64,000 nucleotides of DNA from Candidatus Bathyarchaeota archaeon (GCA_963833575.1 CAWHXY010000006.1:288861-352860); one strand, 5' to 3'. Counted from the stretch's first letter, positions 48,108 to 59,030 are shown. The notes: a model not told the origin generated them from the letters alone. A program made the numbers and translations.

Positions 48108-49841
48108 TTACTCATTTTTTTGTTCATTGGAGTCTTCTGTTTCGGTGGCGGTTGCGGTTTCTTCGCTGCTTTGTACCATTTCCGGTTGCGCCACGTGTGG
48201 CGCTTCCAAAGGGTGGGCGGGGATAATAGCCTCCTCGACTATGCAGGGATCAACAATCGTTTCTATTGCTGGCTCCATTACTTTCTCAAGGGTAGTTTCA
48301 ATCTGGACTGGTTCTGTGACTTCAAAATCTTGCAGGGGAGCTTCAACTTCTGGCTGTTCTGGAGTGGGCTCTATTGTTACTTCTGCTGGGGTTACGTTCG
48401 CTGTTTCGGCTTCTACTACGGGTTGCTCAATTACTGGTTGTTCGATTACCGGTGCTGATTCGACCGGGGCTGCTTCCACGGTTATGATTGGTTCCTGTGG
48501 CGCTGGCTCGGTTATTGCTGGTTCTTGAGGAGCAATTTCAGGTGTTACTTCAGTTGTTACTTGGACTTCAGGTTCTGGAGCTGCAATTGGAGCTTCTTCA
48601 ATTGGAATGACTTCTACTGGAGCGGGCTCGATAACTGGAGCAGTTTCAACTGGAACGACCTCAACTGGAGCAACTTCTTCTGGAGCTGGTTCAACGATTG
48701 GGGCGGCTTCAACTGGAGCTACTTCGATAATTGGAGTTGCTTCCTCTGGAGCGACCTCAACTATTGGGGTTTCAACAGGAGTTGCTTCGACTACTGGAGT
48801 TTCAACTGGGGCAGCTTCAACAATGGGGGCTGTTTCAATTGGAGCAGTTTCAACTGGAGCAGCTTCTTCTGGAGCTGGTTCAACGATTGGAGCGGCCTCA
48901 ACTGGAACGACCTCAATGATTGGAGTTTCAACGGTGGTTTCAATTGGCTTAACTTCAATTGGAGCTGCTTCTATTGGAGCGACTTCGATTGTTGGAGTTT
49001 CTACTGGGGCAGCTTCAACAACGGGGGTTGTCTCCGCTGGAGCTACTGGAGTGGCTTCGACTGTAACTATCTCTATTACAGGAGTTTCAATTGTTGCGAC
49101 TTCAACTGGAGCTGCAATAACTGGAGCGACTTCTATTGGCGCTGTTTCAACTGGGGCAGTTTCGATTGGGGCTTGAACAGTTTCTACTGGCGCTGGTTCT
49201 ACGGGCGCTGTCTCTATTGGAGCGCTTTCCGCTGGAGCCGCTTCGGCTTTTACAGTTTCAACTGAAATCTCAGCTGGAGCAGTTTCAATTGGAGCTTCTG
49301 GCATTGGACACGTTTCGATTACAGGTTCAACTGGAACGGTTTCAACTGTTGTCTCGATCGGGGTTGTTTCTATTGGCGCTGCTTGTGCAATTTCAGCTTC
49401 GACAATTGGAGCTGCTGGTTCTGGAGCTGCGGGCGCTTGGATTGTTGGGGCTGCTGGAGAAAGTTGAGTTGTAACTTGCTTTATCACGTTTAGCTCGTTT
49501 TTGGTTGTTTCCAATCCTGTTGTGAGCAGACTTATCTCTTTTTGATAAATTTCCTCGTCAATTTCGCCTACAACGTGCTGAATCTCATAGTTAGCAAGAA
49601 GGGTTTCTAACATTTTTATCTGGTTTTCTAATTCCTGTGTTTTTCCAGCCATGCTATCAATTAGTTCTTTTTGTTGTTTCTCAATTGTGGCTATTGCTGC
49701 GGTGATTTCGCCGTCAAAAGAGTCCCGTGTTGACTGAGAAATTTTGCCGGTAGCAAAAAGGTTGTCTAAAGCTTGCTTTTTTCGTTTAGCAATATCGTAT
49801 TCTTCATTTAATCGTTTAAATGTATATTTCCATGAAATCAA
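48108..49841 (-). CDS. CdvA-like coiled-coil protein with very long Pro/Glu/Ala/Val/Thr repeat tail
   Basis: N-terminal ~125 aa coiled coil (ISWKYTFKRLNEEY..GKISQST..QHVVGEIDEE) followed by ~450 aa of APIET/APVEV pentapeptide repeats; TTG at 49841 is the likely start. Confidence 0.7.
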   Translation of the reverse strand: MISWKYTFKRLNEEYDIAKRKKQALDNLFATGKISQSTRDSFDGEITAAIATIEKQQKELIDSMAGKTQELENQIKMLETLLANYEIQHVVGEIDEEIYQKEISLLTTGLETTKNELNVIKQVTTQLSPAAPTIQAPAAPEPAAPIVEAEIAQAAPIETTPIETTVETVPVEPVIETCPMPEAPIETAPAEISVETVKAEAAPAESAPIETAPVEPAPVETVQAPIETAPVETAPIEVAPVIAAPVEVATIETPVIEIVTVEATPVAPAETTPVVEAAPVETPTIEVAPIEAAPIEVKPIETTVETPIIEVVPVEAAPIVEPAPEEAAPVETAPIETAPIVEAAPVETPVVEATPVETPIVEVAPEEATPIIEVAPVEAAPIVEPAPEEVAPVEVVPVETAPVIEPAPVEVIPIEEAPIAAPEPEVQVTTEVTPEIAPQEPAITEPAPQEPIITVEAAPVESAPVIEQPVIEQPVVEAETANVTPAEVTIEPTPEQPEVEAPLQDFEVTEPVQIETTLEKVMEPAIETIVDPCIVEEAIIPAHPLEAPHVAQPEMVQSSEETATATETEDSNEQKNE

Positions 49842-50235
49842 TTTAAAGGCACCGCTACACCCTTCAGTGGAAACAAGAGATAACATTTCTTAACATGCAC
49901 GTATATCGGTAGCTATTAAAAACAATATGGCGAACGTCGAAAAGGAATTTTTGCGTTAAAATTCTTTGAGCTGCCTATGCGAGTATGTATACGAAAAATG
50001 AAAATTGTTTAATGTTTAATTGAGCGCTATGACATTTTTATGTAAAATTCCCCCTATCGCATGGAGCACTATGGCACAATATATGAAGAAGAAAAGGCAT
50101 TTCTCGCCATGGGTTTTGCCGACTTCAAATTTCATTTTGTTTATACATATTTGTTCTTGTTATAATATCTTATTCTAAATCTGAATAAATCTTATATATC
50201 TAAACAAGAATAAACAATAGTGAGCGTGTAAAATT

Positions 50236-50607
50236 ATGGTAGCTTTAACAATAACAGTCAACGGAGAAAAATCAGAAGCAAGAGTAATTAAAAAAATGCA
50301 TGAAAGAGTAATCAAAACTTTCATGGACACAATAATAATGGGAGAATTACAAAACGGTCCGATAAGCGGATACGATGTGATATCATACATCCATAGCAAG
50401 TTCGGGTTCTTAGCCAGTTCTGGTACAGTATACTCACTACTATATTCGCTTGAGAGAAATGGCTTAGTCGAAGGCTTATGGATCGAGCGAAAAAGATTCT
50501 ACAAACTAACCGAAAAAGGCGGCCAAACTATCCAAACCATACTCAACTCACAAGACAAAATCAAAGGCTTCATGACAACAGTCCTAAAGGCCCAAACACT
50601 CCATTAA
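50236..50607 (+). CDS. PadR-family transcriptional regulator
   Basis: SGYDVI...SSGTVYSLLYSLERNGLV...RFYKLTEKG. Confidence 0.9.
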   Translation: MVALTITVNGEKSEARVIKKMHERVIKTFMDTIIMGELQNGPISGYDVISYIHSKFGFLASSGTVYSLLYSLERNGLVEGLWIERKRFYKLTEKGGQTIQTILNSQDKIKGFMTTVLKAQTLH

Positions 50608-50686
50608 CCTATTTCTTTTTAGCATTCTTTAATAGAAACGCTAAAAAACCCCTTCTTGTTTTCCTATAGCCGCAACAAATCAAAGC

Positions 50687-50761
50687 GGGTCCGTAGCTCA
50701 GTCAGGCTAGAGCACCGGACTTTTAATCCGGGGGTCGCGGGTTCAATTCCCGTCGGACCCG
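50687..50761 (+). tRNA. tRNA-Lys(UUU)
   Basis: GGGTCCG/CGGACCC acceptor stem, D arm, CCGGA-CT TTT AA-TCCGG anticodon arm, GGTTCAATTCC T loop; no intron. Confidence 0.96.
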
Positions 50762-50928
50762 CCTTCCCACGTACACTTTTATACTGAAAACAATACTCTC
50801 CCTTTTTCTTTTTTGGGAATTTCAGTTGTTTTGTCGCAGGTTTGGCAGGATACCTACGAAACACCATCGCCCAATTGAGAGCGACTCCTCATAACGATTT
50901 TAAAAACTCAAATTATTAACCTCCTCTT

Positions 50929-51168
50929 ATGCGAAAACAATCAAACCACCGAAAAGGGAACATTGAGGTCAAGCATGACAACACAGTTACGCCTTTAGCT
51001 TCAAAAACAGTCAACATTGCAAAACTGAAGGATTTTGTTGTGAGAAACTTTCCACCTGGATCGCCTCTTCAAGTAATTTTCGTTGACGAAGATGACGAGT
51101 TAAGTGCCGAGGATTTCTTAGCTAAACTTCCCATTTGGCTTAAGCTTAGCAAATTTACAAGATGCTAA
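50929..51168 (+). CDS. Hypothetical protein
   Basis: 79-aa ORF (LKDFV..FPPGSPL....DDEL.AEDFLAKL.IWLKL) immediately after the tRNA. Confidence 0.6.
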   Translation: MRKQSNHRKGNIEVKHDNTVTPLASKTVNIAKLKDFVVRNFPPGSPLQVIFVDEDDELSAEDFLAKLPIWLKLSKFTRC

Positions 51169-51740
51169 GACCGCAATCCAGCCAATTGGAAAAACACTGC
51201 GGGCAGACCCCCGCTCCGGAACTGAATAAGTATTAGTTTCTCAAACATTCTCTTTTTTGTAATTTGCTTGGGACCGATTCTGAACCAAACCCTGAAACAG
51301 CCATAGTTAAAGAACCCAAAAAAATCCCCAAATGGTGTACAAGAGCATATGCAGTGGTAGCCCGGGAGAGACCTATGCATATGCTCACATATACCATTTT
51401 TTTGACCAGCTAGTTCGCCCATAACTGTTCGCTCCTTGCGGCGGAACGGCTTTCAGAAAAACGTAATGATGACGGTTTTCGGCGTGCACTAAAAAAGAGG
51501 TCGGCATTGGGTAAGGAGAAGTCGGGTTTACTATGCTTGCTTACAACATGCGGAGAGCCATCAATATTGTCGGTGTTTGAAATGCTAATAGCTCTGGTGA
51601 CAGCGTAAGAAAAGACAAAACAAGCAGAACCCAAGTGCTAGAATAGAGTTGAGTTCAATTGTATTTCGTTTCTAATTCCAAGTTTTTACACGGTCTGATT
51701 TCGGTTCAAATCCCCATAGTTCACTTATTGAGAAGAAGGC

Positions 51741-54287
51741 TTAGAATTTTACATGTTTGTAAAAGATTCTTTTCACCACTTCACCTGAAATTAGATAGAG
51801 AACTACGATTGCGACCATTGCAATAACTATTGGAAGAGAGATTGATTCAAATCCGAAAAGCCGTCCAAGCAAAGTGAATGGCAAAATAACTGTTGCGCCA
51901 ACAATCAACAATGTAGTTAACAGAAGATATTTTCCGGGAACACTCTTAAAGAAAGGCCCTCTGCTACGAATAACGAGCACAATTAGACTTGCTGAAATAA
52001 CCGATTCTATGAACCAACCGGTTCTAAACAGGGTCATCGGGGTTTTAAAAACAAGTAGAAGCACTCCAAAGGTAACATAATCAAACACCGAACTCAGGAT
52101 GCCGAAAACTATCATAAAATTGCGAATGAAGCCAACATCCCAGCGTCGGGGATGTTCAACCATTTCACTATCAACATTGTCCGTGCTAATTGTTGTTTCT
52201 GGGAAATCTGTCATCAGATTAGTAAGCAAAATCTGACCAGGAAGCAGAGGAAGAAATGACAGAAAGAGGGATGCACCTGCCATGCTGAACATGTTTCCGA
52301 AATTTGCACTTGTGGCCATGAACACATATTTTAGAGTGTTGGCAAAGGTTTTCCTTCCCTCTTTCACGCCATTTGCAAGCACACCTAGATCCTGTTCAAG
52401 CAATACAATATCAGCGGCTTCTTTAGCAACATCTACCGCGCTTTCAACCGAGATACCAACATCTGCTGCATGAAGAGCGGAGGCATCGTTGATTCCATCG
52501 CCCATGTACCCCACCACATTCCCGGCTTTCTTAAGCGCGAGAATGATCCGTTCTTTCTGGTTCGGTTCAACCTCTGCGAAAACGTCAACCTCATTCACTT
52601 GCTTTAGCAATGCTTCATCACTCAGCGCATGAAGATCTGAACCCGCCAGTACTCTTGGATTGGGAAACCCAACCTGCTGGCTAATGCTAGCCGCTACAAG
52701 ACGATTGTCTCCAGTCACAATTTTTAGCGAAATCCCAAGACGTTTTAACTCGCCAATAGTCTCGGCAATTTTAGGCTTACCAGGATCGAAAAGGACTAGA
52801 AAACCCAAGAAAGTCATTCCTACTTCACTATCTTTCGAGATGACTTTTTCAGATCCAAGGTCTTTGTAAGCAATCCCCAAAACGCGAAAACCCTTACTGC
52901 TGAGTTCTTCAAAGCGTTGCTGGATCTGCTGTTGCACACCGCTGATTGGAACCGAAGTCCCTTCCGAAGTTTCAACTTTATCGCAGACATCAAGCACGTT
53001 TTGCAACGCGCCTTTGGTAACCATCAGATTCTTATTGTCCTTGGATACCAGGACGCTGAGGCGTTTACGAATAAAATCGTACGGCACCTCGTCCAGTTTT
53101 TGGTAACCCGACAAATCAAGTTTGTTTGCCCGAATCGCTTCATCAATCGGATTTGTGAATCCTGTCTGATAAGAAGCGTTGAGGTAAGCATAAAGCAGGG
53201 CTTTTCCACTTTGGTTACCGTTAAAATCAACGACGGACTGTATTTTTATTACGCCTTCAGTGAGAGTACCGGTTTTGTCAGAGCACAAAACGTTCATGCT
53301 GCCGAAGTTCTCAATAGATGCCAGCCGTTTAACGACCACTTTTTGGGTTGCCATCATTTTGGCTCCCTGAGCGAGGTTAATGCTGATAATAGCCGGCAGC
53401 AGTTGTGGGGTCAGCCCAACGGCGAGCGCCAAAGAGAAAAGAAGGGATTCCAAGACTGAACGCGCGAAATACACGTTAATGGCAAAAGTGACTACAACCA
53501 GCACCAGTGTTACCTCCATAAGGAGATATCCGAAATGCCGGACGCCATGTTCAAACTCTGTTTCAGGGGGTCTAAGTTTTAGTCGTTCCGAGACTTTGCC
53601 GAACTCCGTTTTTGAGCCTGTTCCTACAACTACAGCCTGTGCACTGCCGCTGACCACGTTAGTTCCCATGAAAAGACTGTTTGTCCGCTTGCTAAGCGAT
53701 GTTGCTTGGGGAAGAATGCCAGCAGTTTTCTCTGCCGGATATGTTTCTCCTGTCAAGGATGCTTCGTTTACGAAGAGATCTTTTGATTCTAGAATTATGG
53801 AATCTCCAGGGATTAGGTCTCCAGCGTTGAGGATCACGACATCTCCTGGAACAATCATTTCAACTGGAATGTCCTTTTGATTTCCGTCTCGAAGTACGGT
53901 CGCTTTGGTCTGCACTATAGCAAGTAGCTTTTGGACGGCGTTGGCTGCTCCTCTTTCTTGCCAGAATCCGAGAAGGCTGCTTATCAGTATGATCGTTACG
54001 ATAATTATTGCATTCGTGGGCAGAGCACCCTGTGAAACATCGAGGTAGAGTGACAAGCCAGCTGCAAAGATGAGAATAATGATGAGTGGACTCTTGAACT
54101 GAGTTAACAGGAGCGTAAGTGTGTCTGATCTTTTCTTGGGCGCAAGAAGATTGGAGCCATATTTTGTGAGTCTTTTTTCAGCTTCTTCGCCAGTCAAGCC
54201 TTTCGGTGTCGTCTGTAGTTGCTGAAGAACGCCAGAAGTTGGAATACTCCAGAATGACTGATTGTCTTGGATATTTTGATTATTCAA
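51741..54287 (-). CDS. mgtA: Magnesium-translocating P-type ATPase
   Basis: TGET, AVGLTPQLLP, DKTGTLT, PYDFIRKR, GDGINDA, SANFGNMFS, FRTGWFIES. Confidence 0.9.
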   Translation of the reverse strand: MNNQNIQDNQSFWSIPTSGVLQQLQTTPKGLTGEEAEKRLTKYGSNLLAPKKRSDTLTLLLTQFKSPLIIILIFAAGLSLYLDVSQGALPTNAIIIVTIILISSLLGFWQERGAANAVQKLLAIVQTKATVLRDGNQKDIPVEMIVPGDVVILNAGDLIPGDSIILESKDLFVNEASLTGETYPAEKTAGILPQATSLSKRTNSLFMGTNVVSGSAQAVVVGTGSKTEFGKVSERLKLRPPETEFEHGVRHFGYLLMEVTLVLVVVTFAINVYFARSVLESLLFSLALAVGLTPQLLPAIISINLAQGAKMMATQKVVVKRLASIENFGSMNVLCSDKTGTLTEGVIKIQSVVDFNGNQSGKALLYAYLNASYQTGFTNPIDEAIRANKLDLSGYQKLDEVPYDFIRKRLSVLVSKDNKNLMVTKGALQNVLDVCDKVETSEGTSVPISGVQQQIQQRFEELSSKGFRVLGIAYKDLGSEKVISKDSEVGMTFLGFLVLFDPGKPKIAETIGELKRLGISLKIVTGDNRLVAASISQQVGFPNPRVLAGSDLHALSDEALLKQVNEVDVFAEVEPNQKERIILALKKAGNVVGYMGDGINDASALHAADVGISVESAVDVAKEAADIVLLEQDLGVLANGVKEGRKTFANTLKYVFMATSANFGNMFSMAGASLFLSFLPLLPGQILLTNLMTDFPETTISTDNVDSEMVEHPRRWDVGFIRNFMIVFGILSSVFDYVTFGVLLLVFKTPMTLFRTGWFIESVISASLIVLVIRSRGPFFKSVPGKYLLLTTLLIVGATVILPFTLLGRLFGFESISLPIVIAMVAIVVLYLISGEVVKRIFYKHVKF

Positions 54288-54429
54288 AAGAAATCGTCCG
54301 AAAATAGATTGATTTCCTAAGATAATTAATTGAAGAGAGAACTATAAACAGTTTTGTTGATGCTTAAGTTCAAAATGGAGATTGATTTGCAGAATAACAA
54401 ATAGTAGAACAACTTCATAGCGCACGCTA

Positions 54430-54714
54430 CGTACGAGACGATCAAACCTAGAAATGTACACAGACATCCTTAACGTGTTGATCAATAGAGAACCTTTGAA
54501 AACGGCACACATAATGCATAAGATTAACGTCAACTCCAAAAAATTCAAAGAATACCTCGCGTTTCTAATCAAACAGGGTCTAGTTGAAGAGAGGTCTGTA
54601 AAGGAAGGAAAAATTGTCTACGAGATTACTCCCTGAGGCGTGTTAGTACTCAAGGGACTCAAAGAACTGGAAAAAGTGTTTATCCCATCGGACACAGAAT
54701 TGGCGCACCACTAA
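54430..54714 (+). pseudogene. Winged-helix regulator (HTH_45/DUF4364-like) with in-frame TGA
   Basis: RRSNLEMYTDIL..THIMHKINVN..YLAFLIKQGLVE..YEITP*GVLVLKGLKEL; stop at 54634-54636; start codon unclear. Confidence 0.7.
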
Positions 54715-55048
54715 CCAAGAAATTTAAATATAAAATTCTGCTTAGAGATATTTGAGGCTGAGAATGTCCAACGACGAAAACACTGACCTACTCTTGGGTT
54801 TGGGTTTGAGCCTTAATGGGCTTAAATTGGAGCCTACTCAGGAGAAATTAGTATGGAGATAGGAAGATAGAGTTTATTATTGATGATTTCCTGATTGGGA
54901 AAATGTGTCCTTATAACAATTTTGAAAAAAATAACAAACAAACTGTATCCATAAGACATGCGTCATTATGGTGAGAAGTTACTGTTGAACCATGTTGACA
55001 AAAAAGTTGGAGAATCAACAACTTAAATAAATTAGGGCGTTTTGAGTT

Positions 55049-55288
55049 TTACATTTTCTTCTTTGGGGTTTGATGCTCGGTTTCCAAGTGCATGGTTAAT
55101 TCTTCTTTAGTTTTGAAAACTTTACCACATATTTGGCAAGTAATCTTGTTTGGCGTTGGATTACCAATTGGAGGAAGTGAAGGTTGCTGATCTGGGGATT
55201 CAAAAGAGCCATTTGGTGGGGATGGTGCAATCAAATCATTGAATGATTCATTTGGCTTCTTTTCGTAGGGAAAATCAGGTTCAGTCAA
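55049..55288 (-). CDS. Small C2H2 zinc-finger protein
   Basis: CQICGKVFKTKEELTMHLETEH. Confidence 0.75.
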   Translation of the reverse strand: MTEPDFPYEKKPNESFNDLIAPSPPNGSFESPDQQPSLPPIGNPTPNKITCQICGKVFKTKEELTMHLETEHQTPKKKM

Positions 55289-55873
55289 AATCTTACCTAT
55301 ACTACAAGGGGTTTATGCTTTTCTTAAGCATTTGTGACTGTCTAACGACAATAACGCAAAAGTAGGTCACAGGTAAGCAAACAGTTTACGCATTTCTTTC
55401 TCTTATTTTTTTCGAGAGTTTTCTTACAATGTAAGTTGAGCCTTTCTTCTCTCTGTCGTGCTCACTACTGCGTACGCTCAGGCATGCACGCGCGTCCACG
55501 CACGCCTCCGTGAATCGTGTTTGTCTCACTGTCAGTCACTCTTTCAGTCTCGCAGTCGCACGCGCAACAAAACAAAAACAAACGGATAGGGTAAGCTAAG
55601 ATTCGGTTGAATCTTTCTTTCAGCTTGCCTTATATTAAGTGAAAAAGAAACCTCACAACAACGATAAGAACTATTATTAATACTACTACTACAATTGCAG
55701 ACCAGAGCCAACTACCTAAACCACCTTTGTTATTATGCAAAAACCTCATTTATCCAATCACCTCTTGTATAACTGACTCATTGTCTTTTCAAGTCTACTT
55801 AACGATTTGTGACTGTAGAACCACAACTACAAGCGCTCTGCTTTGTCCTGAAATCCTCGGATTTTCCCTGTTT

Positions 55874-56083
55874 CTATTTTGTATAAGGTTCGGCATAGTT
55901 TTTCTCTGTTTTCTCCTTTGTGTGGTCATTTATGTAGTGGTCGTCGTAGTCTTGTCTTGTTGAGAAACCTTGGTTGCAAACTGAACAGCGGTATGTTCCA
56001 TCTGGCTCTATTTTTGGCTCTGGGATAGGTACATCTCTTTTGTCGTAGTCACCGCCGCTTATTCCTCCGGGCCATTCAGACAT
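55874..56083 (-). CDS. Small C2H2 zinc-finger protein
   Basis: CSVCNQGFSTRQDYDDHYINDH; GGAGGTGA SD. Confidence 0.75.
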   Translation of the reverse strand: MSEWPGGISGGDYDKRDVPIPEPKIEPDGTYRCSVCNQGFSTRQDYDDHYINDHTKEKTEKNYAEPYTK

Positions 56084-56438
56084 TGAAAAGTCACCTCCGC
56101 AAGCACTAAAAAGTTATGAAGAGGGAATAACCTGATAAATGTGTGTGGTTGGCAAGCGTGGACAACACGGCACAGCTTACACCGCACGCCGCTTCCGAAG
56201 CTATCGGGATTCTAGCTCCTCTGATACCTTATCTTTTCGTGGGAAGAAGTATTCTCACTGGAACTGAAACCTCAGTGATCCTTAGCGGAGGGGTCCTTTT
56301 CCTTATTTGAGTCTATGAAGCGAAGACCACCGGGATCTTTGTGGAAGAGTAGCTTGCAGATGGCGATCCGGGATTCTTAACGGGCCTCCAAGTATTGAGT
56401 GTGTTTAAAAAAACAAAATTCACAATCGACTTCACTAT

Positions 56439-56711
56439 TTATAATTGAGCTGATAATTCTTGAGCTGAAACTGCTTTTATTACTATAAAACCGTTTGATT
56501 CTTTCAGGAAAAGTTTATGTTTTTTCAGAATTGGCTCGATAGACTGCCTTGAAATGTTGTCGAGAACACAGTTTATTTTTATCTCATAGCCTTTTGATGT
56601 AGAAGAAATCATGGAGCTATCTAAAGAGATGCGGCTCATCAGTATAGATTCTTTCCAGGCTTCTAAGATTCCGTGGAGTACAGCGAGTGCTTCCGCTCGA
56701 TCCATAGCCAT
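56439..56711 (-). CDS. Hypothetical protein
   Basis: 90-aa ORF, MDRAEALAVL...GYEIKI. Confidence 0.6.
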   Translation of the reverse strand: MAMDRAEALAVLHGILEAWKESILMSRISLDSSMISSTSKGYEIKINCVLDNISRQSIEPILKKHKLFLKESNGFIVIKAVSAQELSAQL

Positions 56712-56985
56712 CCAGTTCCCCGATTAACTATCGGTGCAGTTCGCATTTAGGACTTGTTGCACTTTGGTGTAATCGATAGTTTTTTAAAGTTGAGGCTGTA
56801 TCTTCTGCGTCAGATATTTGGGCGAGCGCTAACTCAAGCCTCTTTTCAATCTTAGTCCCATTCACCCAAAAACACCCCAAAAGGGAGGCAAGCTATATGC
56901 TTAACAATTGACAGTATTTTTCCGATTTCTTGAAAATCTTATTTCGGCTGATCATTGAAGCTTGAATAGTTGGTTTTAAGCTTTG

Positions 56986-57150
56986 TTAGGCTTTTCTTTT
57001 GGCCTTGCCTACTTCTTCTTGGATTTTTCCTTTGACTTGTTCCACTTTGCCTTTAATTTGTTCACTTTCGTCGCCAGTTATTTTGCCTAGACCTTCGCGG
57101 ATTTTGCCTTTTCCCTGAATAATTTTACCTTCAGTTTCGTCTTCGCTCAT
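56986..57150 (-). CDS. CsbD-family general stress protein (54 aa)
   Basis: Manual translation MSEDETEGKIIQGKGKIREGLGKITGDESEQIKGKVEQVKGKIQEEVGKAKRKA*; below the ORF-track cutoff. Confidence 0.85.
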   Translation of the reverse strand: MSEDETEGKIIQGKGKIREGLGKITGDESEQIKGKVEQVKGKIQEEVGKAKRKA

Positions 57151-57439
57151 AAAATTTCACAATAAGAGAGTATCTTGCGATTTTATTAAGCGTGTGTGAC
57201 TGTTATCTCGCACCAACAATGAACTCGTTGCTTTAAAGAGAGTCTATATTGTTTTTTGAGTTGATTTCTTATACTTAGGAACCTCATTAACATTTAAGCC
57301 CGTGACTGGATTATTCCCTTGGACGAAGGAGTAAGAATTAATGCCCATACCATCGCGCTAAATGTAAAAAAGTTGGATTTAACAATCTAACATATCAGAA
57401 AAGCTAAAAATCGCTCATTTCAACCAAGTCTGCAGATAA

Positions 57440-58627
57440 GTGTTTGTAGACCGATCAACAAACAAGATAATATTAATTATTCAAGCCTATCCGTTTTGGG
57501 TGTTTAACACGAAAAACGTTGAAGCGACATTTTTTAAGGACCATACAGCAAACTTGCTGCCATATCGGCCAGGCAGATTTTGCGACTGGTACAATGAATG
57601 CATTTTCGAATTCGAAGGAAGAAAATACCTGTTTCTTGTATCAGTGGTTCAGGGACGAAAATCTAAAGTTAACGTACAATTTCTCGAGGGCCCCTTACTA
57701 TTGGAGGATAAAGTCAATGAAAGAAACATGAAGCTGTGGCACGGCGAACATCCATTAGGTAACTACCAAGAAATCAAAGAATCAAACATAGACCTTTTGT
57801 TCAACGATTATCATGAACCAACAGACCTTAAAGAAGAAGACAGAGGCTCGGATGGCTTTATCATTAGTCTTAACGGAGCAAAATTCACATACAACAATGA
57901 CGGATCGTCACATCATGTATTAAAACATCATAAAATAAAATGTGACTTAACCTGGACACCAGTTGGTCCAATTTTCTGGAAAGGCGAAAAACCCATGGGC
58001 TCTCTTCATCTTGGGAAAGATTTTGATTCATCTGGAACTGAAGAATATTGTAATGTAGCAGGCACAATCACTTATGAAGGCAAGGAATACGAAGTTAAAA
58101 CCATTTATGGTTTGCGTGAACATGCTTGGATGCCAAATATTGCCCTATTAGATTACAAAACTAGTAATTGGACCTGGTGGAAATCAAGTCAAGGTTACGG
58201 CTTGTTTTATGAAGCAGCTATGAACGATGAAACCAAACAAGCCCAGAGAGTGATTTTTGGTTGCATGTACTTATTCCAAGATAATAAATCAGTAGTAGCC
58301 TACTTGAGGTCTTGTAACTATAAAAACACTAAACTTGCTTGGCACCCTGAGCACATGAGAATGCTGCCAATCGAACAGGAAGTAGTTGCAACAACTGATG
58401 ATGGCGCTACAATAAACTTGAAGCTCAAGGCAGTAACAAAGCCTCAAATGAGACTTGGCGTCTACGACCCAAATAAGATGCGTGATGATATTCAAGGCTG
58501 GTATTTCATTTTTTGGTCACTACCTATGGCGGTAACTGGAACATACACATACAAAGATGGGCGCGTTGTTCAAATAACTGATGGGTTGGGCATTAACGAA
58601 CCAATGATTAACACCCCAATCACTTAA
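57440..58627 (+). CDS. Hypothetical beta-rich protein (lipocalin/AttH/tocopherol-cyclase-like)
   Basis: DWY, GTITYEGKEY, G.REHAW, NWTWW patterns; the start may be a later GTG near 57500. Confidence 0.5.
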   Translation: MFVDRSTNKIILIIQAYPFWVFNTKNVEATFFKDHTANLLPYRPGRFCDWYNECIFEFEGRKYLFLVSVVQGRKSKVNVQFLEGPLLLEDKVNERNMKLWHGEHPLGNYQEIKESNIDLLFNDYHEPTDLKEEDRGSDGFIISLNGAKFTYNNDGSSHHVLKHHKIKCDLTWTPVGPIFWKGEKPMGSLHLGKDFDSSGTEEYCNVAGTITYEGKEYEVKTIYGLREHAWMPNIALLDYKTSNWTWWKSSQGYGLFYEAAMNDETKQAQRVIFGCMYLFQDNKSVVAYLRSCNYKNTKLAWHPEHMRMLPIEQEVVATTDDGATINLKLKAVTKPQMRLGVYDPNKMRDDIQGWYFIFWSLPMAVTGTYTYKDGRVVQITDGLGINEPMINTPIT

Positions 58628-58680
58628 TTTTTTTTTAAAAAAAAGAAAAACCGAAAAATTAAAAAAGAGAAGGGAAAAAT

Positions 58681-59030
58681 ATGTTACAAAATATTGAAAC
58701 ACCAAATAAAATCTCTAACCCAAAAAAATTCCACTTCTGATATTGTCAACATTCTTTATAGTGGGTAGCATGTATATTGTTCCACCCTACTTGCCTTTGT
58801 ATGCAGTACAGATGGGAATCCAATTTCCATTGCAACCTCGCTTGCAACAATTTTGAATCTTGTTCCGCTATTATCAGCAATCGTTATTGGTATCTATTCA
58901 GATAGAGAGGTCGAAAAAAGAGCCTAATTCTCATTTGGTGATCTGGTCCTTATTGCCGTTGGCATGGGATATTTGTTCTTAAATTCCTGGCAAGCCGCAT
59001 TAGCGTGCGCGCTTTGGTCATGCTGTTCCT
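58681..59030 (+). pseudogene. MFS transporter relic
   Basis: Frameshifted pieces PPYLPLYAVQMG / SIATSLATILNLVPLLSAIVIGIYSDR / GRKK (motif A). Confidence 0.6.

Noticed and set aside
48055-49474. Several long plus-strand ORFs (Ser/Thr/Gly-rich, Trp/Asn-rich)
   Set aside because: Antisense shadows of the repeat region of the CdvA-like gene.
50664-50867. 67-aa minus-strand ORF
   Set aside because: Antisense to tRNA-Lys; GPTGIEPATPGLKVRCS is a typical tRNA shadow translation.
51165-51634. Two short minus-strand ORFs
   Set aside because: No recognisable motifs or SD sites; probably spurious or decayed.
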